Below, in pieces: positions 57,350-64,000 of a DNA stretch of 64,000 nt (position 1 is the stretch's first letter; each line of letters opens with the position of its first letter). The notes under the pieces are model-generated. The model did not search any database and was not told the DNA's origin. It saw only the letters and a program-made list of their open reading frames with translations. Location of the stretch: the NCBI GenBank assembly GCA_951406725.2, contig OX597822.1, forward strand, positions 43,214,001 to 43,278,000, given 5' to 3'. Position numbers and translations under genes: made by a program. The stretch comes from Octopus vulgaris. Taxonomy: Eukaryota.

Positions 57350-59113
57350 TTGAACAGAAATCGTTTTATTTCATTCTACACGTGCCACCTCAGATACCTA
57401 GATAAAATTACCAAGGACATTAATAGAACGGACGGAATCCTGGTGCAGTCCGACAAGACCAGGAACACATACAAGATGCCCATTAAGCAGTACCTAGATT
57501 TACTCGGTAAAGAGATCAAGAAAAATTATAGAAAAACCAATTGGAGTACCCTGAGGAAGGTAAACTTGGAAATTAAGGAAATAATATTTAAACACCGAAT
57601 TCAAATGAGAACTCAGCCGCTTAGCCCTAAGCAACCCAGATTTATAGTGAAGGACCATAAACCGAACTTCCACACCAACCCAGCGCTAAGACTCATATGC
57701 CCTGCTAGATCTGATATCGGGATAATCAGTAAGTACATTTTAGATAAATATATCCCTAGTTTAGTAAACAAGCTGAAGCTCAGCCTCTGGGCCAACTCCT
57801 CGCAGGTAGTGAAGTGGTTCTCTTCCATCCCCAATAAGAACCGTACTAGGTTCATTCAGTTTGATATCGCCAGCTTCTACCCCTCGATTAACCCTAGTGT
57901 GCTAAATAAGGCCCTCTGGCATGCTCACAACAAGGCTGGCCTCACCAGAGAAGAGATAGATATTTTAGTTGCCAGGAAATCGTTTATTAAGTTTGATAAT
58001 AAGTTGTGGATCCGTAAAGATACTCCCAATGAATTTGATGTGCCTATGGGTAGTTCGGATAGTGCGCAGATAGCCGATTTGGTCGGAATATATATTCTCT
58101 ACGAATTGTCCGACCAATTCCCGGAGATCGCGGGCGGCCTGTATCGTGACGATTGTCTGTTTTACCTGCAAAACACCACGAACAGAATAGTGCAGAAAAC
58201 TAAGAGCAGGTTAGCTAGGTTTTTTAATAGAATGGGCATGAGTATAGTTTTTGATAATGAACTCACCAAGGCTAATTTCCTAGACGTTACACTTAACCTT
58301 AATAGCGACTCATACTGCCCTTACCATAAGCCTTCCACTAATTTGAAGTATGTCAGTGTCTTCTCAAATCATGCCAAAACCGTAACAGACAATTTGGTTA
58401 AAAACATCTCTCTAAGATTGTCTGGCTTATCCGCCAGTGCCGATATTTTTATGCAGAAAGCGGAATTTTATAACGCCGCACTATCCAAGGCCGGTTATAG
58501 GCAGAAGGTAATTTATATTGATCCGGCCCTTCCGATGCCATCATTCGGTCATCAGGATAGGGCCGTATATAATAACATTAACATTTTAAGTAAGGACGGG
58601 AGCGCGGCGGATGCCGGGGTAGTCGCTCCCGCATTTAATTTAGCGAACAAGGATAATTATCGGTCCGGGAGGTCTTACACTAACCCAAGACCCGTTATTC
58701 ATCCGAGAATCACCCACCCGAACGCGAGAGCTGGCGTCCCGACCCATCACACTGATAGGAATAAGCATATATGGTTTGTAATCCCCTTTGGTAAGCAGAT
58801 TAGAACTAACCTCCCCCTCATGTTTAGACAAGCCATCGCCAATAACTTCCCCAGAAATTCCAAATATTACTCCACGGTTAACTCGCATAAAGTTAGGATA
58901 GCTTTCTTCAACACTAAAAACCTCGCCCAGATAATCGCCTCCCATAAAAATAGGCTACTTACTAAGACCCTATCACCTTTTTCCGGAGGCACAGCCTCTT
59001 CCGCTCCCGGTTTAATGCTCAGTAGGAATAATTATAGTAGTAATAATGATATGAGAGCCAGTACAGTGACACATAATCTCAGCTCCAGCCAGGAGTACCC
59101 ACTAGGGGTATAG
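57350..59113 (+). CDS. Penelope-like reverse transcriptase (RT core, thumb, linker); N-terminus truncated
   Basis: Motifs SDKTRNTY, KDHKPNF, RLICPARSDIG, QFDIASFYPSI, FDVPMGSSDSAQIADLVG, GLYRDD, NFLDVTLNL, PYHKP. The first ~12 codons come from the inverted repeat, so the TTG start is not genuine. Confidence 0.9.
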   Translation: MNRNRFISFYTCHLRYLDKITKDINRTDGILVQSDKTRNTYKMPIKQYLDLLGKEIKKNYRKTNWSTLRKVNLEIKEIIFKHRIQMRTQPLSPKQPRFIVKDHKPNFHTNPALRLICPARSDIGIISKYILDKYIPSLVNKLKLSLWANSSQVVKWFSSIPNKNRTRFIQFDIASFYPSINPSVLNKALWHAHNKAGLTREEIDILVARKSFIKFDNKLWIRKDTPNEFDVPMGSSDSAQIADLVGIYILYELSDQFPEIAGGLYRDDCLFYLQNTTNRIVQKTKSRLARFFNRMGMSIVFDNELTKANFLDVTLNLNSDSYCPYHKPSTNLKYVSVFSNHAKTVTDNLVKNISLRLSGLSASADIFMQKAEFYNAALSKAGYRQKVIYIDPALPMPSFGHQDRAVYNNINILSKDGSAADAGVVAPAFNLANKDNYRSGRSYTNPRPVIHPRITHPNARAGVPTHHTDRNKHIWFVIPFGKQIRTNLPLMFRQAIANNFPRNSKYYSTVNSHKVRIAFFNTKNLAQIIASHKNRLLTKTLSPFSGGTASSAPGLMLSRNNYSSNNDMRASTVTHNLSSSQEYPLGV

Positions 59114-59772
59114 TTATAAATAGGGGTGTTGTGGTTGACGGTAACAATGGGAGTAGGGTAGAGAGCCCCAATAGCATCCCCAGCATCATTTCCCGCAATA
59201 GCAGCACCACGGGCAGTAGCAATGACAGCACCCTGATAGATAGTGGAGAATCAGGGGTTATTCCTATAGTTAATAGTGACGTAGTGGAAAATAGAGTAGT
59301 AAGTGGCTGCAGGTCTCGGAACGAATATAGTGACAGGAACGCAGTTCTAATTTCAGAAACTAATCCTAGCAGAATAAGATTCACGTCGGCGAACTCCAAG
59401 ATCAAAAACGCCGTCTACCAATGCAAGGTTTACACGGACTCAGATGTCTTCACTTATGTAGGGGCCTCATCCTCAAGATTGTCTTTGCGTGTCTCCAACC
59501 ATTACGCAACTTTTCGGGACATGAACAAGCGCCAGACCACGGGACTCAGTAAGCTAATATGGCGACTGAAGGATACGAACTTAAGCTACAGGCTGGAATG
59601 GTCAATTTTGTCGGTGGCCCTCCCATTTGATAGGGGCAGAAGGCAGTGCAACCTTTGTGTCTCCGAACTCTTCCATATTTTGTTTGCCAGAGGCCGGATG
59701 GTAAACGGGCTTTTACAGTCGGCTTTTCGATGCCCCCATTGGCGGCGTTACACTTATCTGGCTTTTAAATAG
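59077..59772 (+). CDS. GIY-YIG endonuclease of the Penelope-like element, in the -1 frame relative to the RT ORF
   Basis: AVYQCKV...YVGAS...RVSNH...LSKLIWRLK...WSIL...CNLCVSE...N...CPH. The frame opens after TAA 59074-59076 and overlaps the end of the RT ORF. Confidence 0.85.
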   Translation, partial: SQLQPGVPTRGIVINRGVVVDGNNGSRVESPNSIPSIISRNSSTTGSSNDSTLIDSGESGVIPIVNSDVVENRVVSGCRSRNEYSDRNAVLISETNPSRIRFTSANSKIKNAVYQCKVYTDSDVFTYVGASSSRLSLRVSNHYATFRDMNKRQTTGLSKLIWRLKDTNLSYRLEWSILSVALPFDRGRRQCNLCVSELFHILFARGRMVNGLLQSAFRCPHWRRYTYLAFK

Positions 59773-60360
59773 CGTTTATAAATAATACCGGCACCCATAG
59801 CCCTTGGTAACAAATTCTGAAATAGCTTTTAAGATATCTACGATTAACCACTGCAAGGGGAATTACTCCTGTATGACGAACGGGGCTTGGTTTTTTCATA
59901 GCGGGGGGTTTCCTTGACAAGGCAGGCTTAGATGAACACACACACACATAAAACATAATATATATATATTTTTTTTCTGCTACCCAACGGTTCTCGCGGC
60001 AGTAGCCACTGACAGCCGAACGCTCAAACGCACACACGTACACAAAAAATGTTTTCTACCCCTACGCCAACACACACATATATAGAACAGTATACACACA
60101 CACACGTCTCTAAGTAGATTTTTTCTCGCCCCTTATAAAACATCCAATATTCCTTAAATAGTCAGAACTTTATTCTCGGTCACAAAGAACACCCACACAC
60201 CCTCACCCACATGATTGACCGATGCCTGACCCGTTAAATTCTTCAGCCACCGGTTCTCAACATACACTGATAAACAGTTTCGCCATGGGCTCTTAGGAGC
60301 ATAGTTCGATTTGTTTTTGCTCCGCCTCTGTTCTGTTTTTGTTTTTCCAACGGATTTCCT

Positions 60361-60452
60361 ATTTTCTTCCTGAAGAGAAAGACACAATATGGTCCCATTA
60401 TTCAATCGGAATTTGGTAATTTGTGCCTTTCGAAACACGTGTAGAATGAAAT
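60361..60452 (+). ncRNA. Minimal type I hammerhead ribozyme in the Penelope pseudo-LTR
   Basis: Stem I TTC/GAA (extendable); CTGAAGA 60370-60376; stem II GAAAGACACAA/TTGTGCCTTTC; GAAA 60432-60435; palindromic CACGTG; predicted cleavage after GTA at 60443. Confidence 0.85.
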
Positions 60453-60671
60453 AAAACGATTTCTGTTCAATCTGCGTTCAGCTCCATTTCTTCAATTCAC
60501 CAATAATGTTTTAATTTCAATTATCCGCACCAACGCACGGTTGCAACACCATATGGTTGTACCTCCAACCGTGCTGTTTACTGGTGTGATTTTTGCTACT
60601 AAGGTATCGGTTAAACTTTTGATTAATCTACTACAAGATTATTCATCTTTCTATTTCACATAATATATATG

Positions 60672-60720
<49 letters not shown>

Positions 60721-60731
60721 GTGTATATATA

Positions 60732-60766
<35 letters not shown>

Positions 60767-60779
60767 GTATATAAATATG

Positions 60780-60811
<32 letters not shown>

Positions 60812-60903
60812 TACATACATACTTAAATGCATGCATACATACATACATACATACATACATACATACATACATACATACATACATACATACATACATGCAT
60901 ATA

Positions 60904-61193
60904 TTCTTTTATTTGTTACAGTCATTTGACTGCGGCCTTGCTTGAGCACCGCCTTTAGTCGAACAAATCAACTCTAAAACCTATTCTTTGTAAGCCTAGT
61001 ACTTCTTTTATCGGTCTCTTTTGCCGAACCGTTAAGTTACGAGGACGTAAACACACCAACACCGGTTGTCAAGCGATGATAGGAGGACAAGGCTATAGTA
61101 GAAGACACTTGCCTGAAGTGCCATGCAGTGGCACTGAATCCGGAACCATATGGTTGGTAAGCAAGCTATTACCACACAGCCACTCCTGTGCCT
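60904..61193 (-). mobile_element. SINE family A with internal deletion
   Basis: Matches both ends of the 37110-37512 copy but lacks the central TA tract. Confidence 0.85.
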
Positions 61194-61284
61194 ATAAAAA
61201 GTTACCTTGATATATACATACATATATACATAAATACATACGTACATACACGTTCAACATATATGCATGCATGCATTTTGTAGA

Positions 61285-61509
61285 GAAGGGTTAAGTCGAT
61301 TATATCGACCCCAGTGCTTAACTGGTACATATTTATTAATGAAAAACAAAATCGACTTTGATAGTATTTGAACTCAGAAGTTACAGATGAAATGCCGTTA
61401 AATATTTTACCCGGTGTGCTAACGATTCTACCAGCTCGCCGCCTTAACAACAACAACAACAACAACAACAACAATAATAATAATAACAATAACAACAGTA
61501 ATAACAATG

Positions 61510-61594
<85 letters not shown>

Positions 61595-61801
61595 CAACAA
61601 CAACGATCATAATAATAATCCCCAGGAAATTGGGGTGGGGGTGGGGATGGGACCCAGTCGATTAGAACAACCCCAGTACGCAACAGGTACTTAATTTATC
61701 GACACCGAAAGGATGAAAGACAAAGTAACCCTCGGCGGAGGCAGAAGAAATACCGCTAAGCATTTCGCCCGGCGGGCTAACCGTTTTGCCAGATCGCCGC
61801 C

Positions 61802-61803
<2 letters not shown>
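61285..61803 (-). mobile_element. Two SINE family B copies (61285-61445, 61620-61803) separated by (AAT/AAC)n
   Basis: Both end in CAG(C/A)TCGCCGCCTT, the reverse complement of the head. Confidence 0.8.
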
Positions 61804-61862
<59 letters not shown>

Positions 61863-61901
61863 TGTTTATATATGTGTGGGCATGCATATATTTACGTAAA
61901 A

Positions 61902-61954
<53 letters not shown>

Positions 61955-62089
61955 TACCTGTATCTATCTATTTATTTATGTATAGTTATACATGCATAAC
62001 ATATATGCTTATAAAAACATATATCTATGCTTGTATATATGTATGTATATATATGTATGTAAATATGTATATATATATACATATATATA

Positions 62090-62145
<56 letters not shown>

Positions 62146-62181
62146 AGTATATAGTGGACAAGAGAGAGAGAGACGAAGGGT

Positions 62182-62213
<32 letters not shown>

Positions 62214-62591
62214 GAGAAAGCAAGATAGAGACAGAGAGAAAAAGAATGGGAGAGAGAGAGAGAGATGGCGACAGAGAAAGGGATAAAGAAGGGTAAGCTG
62301 AAAATGTATGTATCCAAGAGAGACATTAGCAATTTAGGCAGAAACGACAAGAGGATCAGCGCAGCGAAAGCAATTAACAGGAAAATAGCAGTAGATTAGG
62401 AGAAATAATTAAAAGACATGGATTATTGCCTCCTCTTATTAATTTTCTTTGCCATCTCAGACACGCGCACCTCCTACAGCTTTCTCAATTCAATTAATTC
62501 ACATAACTTACAAATGCTTACGAACAACATAGAAGCATACACATGTAGGTGTGTGTATGTCTACATATATATATATATATATATACATACA

Positions 62592-62625
<34 letters not shown>

Positions 62626-62633
62626 CATATACA

Positions 62634-62709
<76 letters not shown>

Positions 62710-62882
62710 TATATATATACATATACACATATATATGTATATATATATATATATGTAGCAATTTATACATTCACACATATAGCTACATCTATGAATATAC
62801 GTATATCCATATATATGTATGTGTATATATATATACACACATATTCATACATACATATATATATATATGTTCATATATATAT

Positions 62883-62930
<48 letters not shown>

Positions 62931-63075
62931 GTGTAGCAATTTATACATGCATACATATAGATACATCTATGAATATATGTATGTGTGTGTGTGTATGTTT
63001 GGGCGCGTGTGCGCATGTGTGTTTGTGTGTGTGTATGTACGTATTTATGGAAGTCTCTCTCTCTCTCTCTCTCTG

Positions 63076-63115
<40 letters not shown>

Positions 63116-63587
63116 CACATCGTCGGTTTATGTGAGATTATCGAACATGTAACGAATGAAAACTTTTAAAGTTTCATCTAAGAAAGTCCAATCAGTAAGG
63201 AACTGAATCATTTCTTAATCTTGGCCATCTTGGTTTTTCATCCTTCATTTTTGATGTTGCGTCTTCTGTTTGTCGTTGCTTAAATCTTCGCAGATTATCT
63301 TTAAACTGACGTGGATTTCTAGATGATATTCTTTCTAGATGCGGATCGAGATCCCTCTGAAGTCAACTACGCGTTTCATGCGGCAATCCCATTCAAGTAC
63401 AAGCAATGGTGTAATCGACTCTCTCTATCATGCACAGTGAATGTCCTATACCTATAAAGGAAATGATTATTTAAGGTTAAAAAAGAAACCCAAAACGGTT
63501 GTCAAGTCGTGTGCGTGGGGGCAAATACAAAGACACACCCACACACCTACTCCCATATATATATATATACATATATATATGCATATA

Positions 63588-63637
<50 letters not shown>

Positions 63638-64000
63638 AATGAGATAGGGGTTGAAAATTCAACCCACCATGGGATAATATATATCCAATATACTGCTAGA
63701 TAGGTACCCAACAAAAATAATACATAGATGTTAAAAATTGTCAAGCAATCAGTTCATCTTTTTTGTTTATCTAAGTGCTAGTTGTTGCTTGTGATTTTGT
63801 ATGTGTATAAGTGTATGTATATACATATAACTATGTGTGTATGTGCGATTGATCTGTAGATGCGTGTGTGAATATTGGCGTTCCTTGACTAACCAACCGT
63901 ATAATTTTCTTTTGTGATTTAAATTTCAAACCAATAGCCAATCGAATTAATCTAAATTTTCTTTACCTAGTGGTCAGCATTTCTTAACTCATAGTTATTT

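Larger units (their letters stand above)
57309..60660 (+). mobile_element. Penelope-like retroelement, probably Naiad clade; 5'-truncated, inverted 5' repeat, long 3' pseudo-LTR, inserted in (TA)n
   Basis: RT plus GIY-YIG coding region; 76-bp inverted repeat 57309-57384 vs 60436-60511; hammerhead at 60361-60452; (TA)n on both flanks. Confidence 0.9.

Noticed and set aside
57613-59405. Antisense ORFs within the Penelope element
   Set aside because: Shadows of the sense ORF with no independent motifs.
57385-59772. Selenoprotein-type UGA recoding, as reported for some Naiads
   Set aside because: No in-frame TGA interrupts either ORF; the break is a frame change with TAG.
63193-63357. Minus-strand terminal exon RDLDPHLE...DSVPY*
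   Set aside because: The acceptor overlaps a decayed SINE-B-like sequence and there is no recognisable homology; not supportable.

Overview
Eukaryotic, very microsatellite-rich (TA, TATC, TACA, AAT, CA, GA, GAT, CAC) intronic or intergenic DNA. The SINE families and repeat style resemble octopus/coleoid cephalopod genomes (inference from memory, not a search). Almost all ORFs in the track are translated microsatellite. Real coding remnants are retroelements and DNA transposons: a decayed CR1-type LINE (4.2-6.55 kb), several Dong/R4-type RLE LINEs tied to (AAT)n, a Tx1/L1-type LINE tied to (TATC)n with an inverted copy of its 3' UTR, an RTE fragment, and mariner, hAT and pogo remnants. The largest is a 5'-truncated Penelope-like element of probable Naiad type (57.3-60.66 kb): RT plus GIY-YIG, with a hammerhead ribozyme in its 3' pseudo-LTR and an inverted 5' repeat that ends on the ribozyme's palindromic stem III. 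The main hidden signal is a set of unrelated-looking short inserts in (TA)n tracts that each carry a minimal type I hammerhead core (CTGANGA...GAAA-palindrome-TH). Several form head-to-head fold-backs and one family is fused to a tRNA-like Pol III head. Also seen: a SINE and the CR1 LINE share a 3' hairpin with compensatory changes, and a chain of phase-compatible candidate host exons lies on the + strand. Repeat boundaries were read by eye and are approximate (about +/-20 nt).
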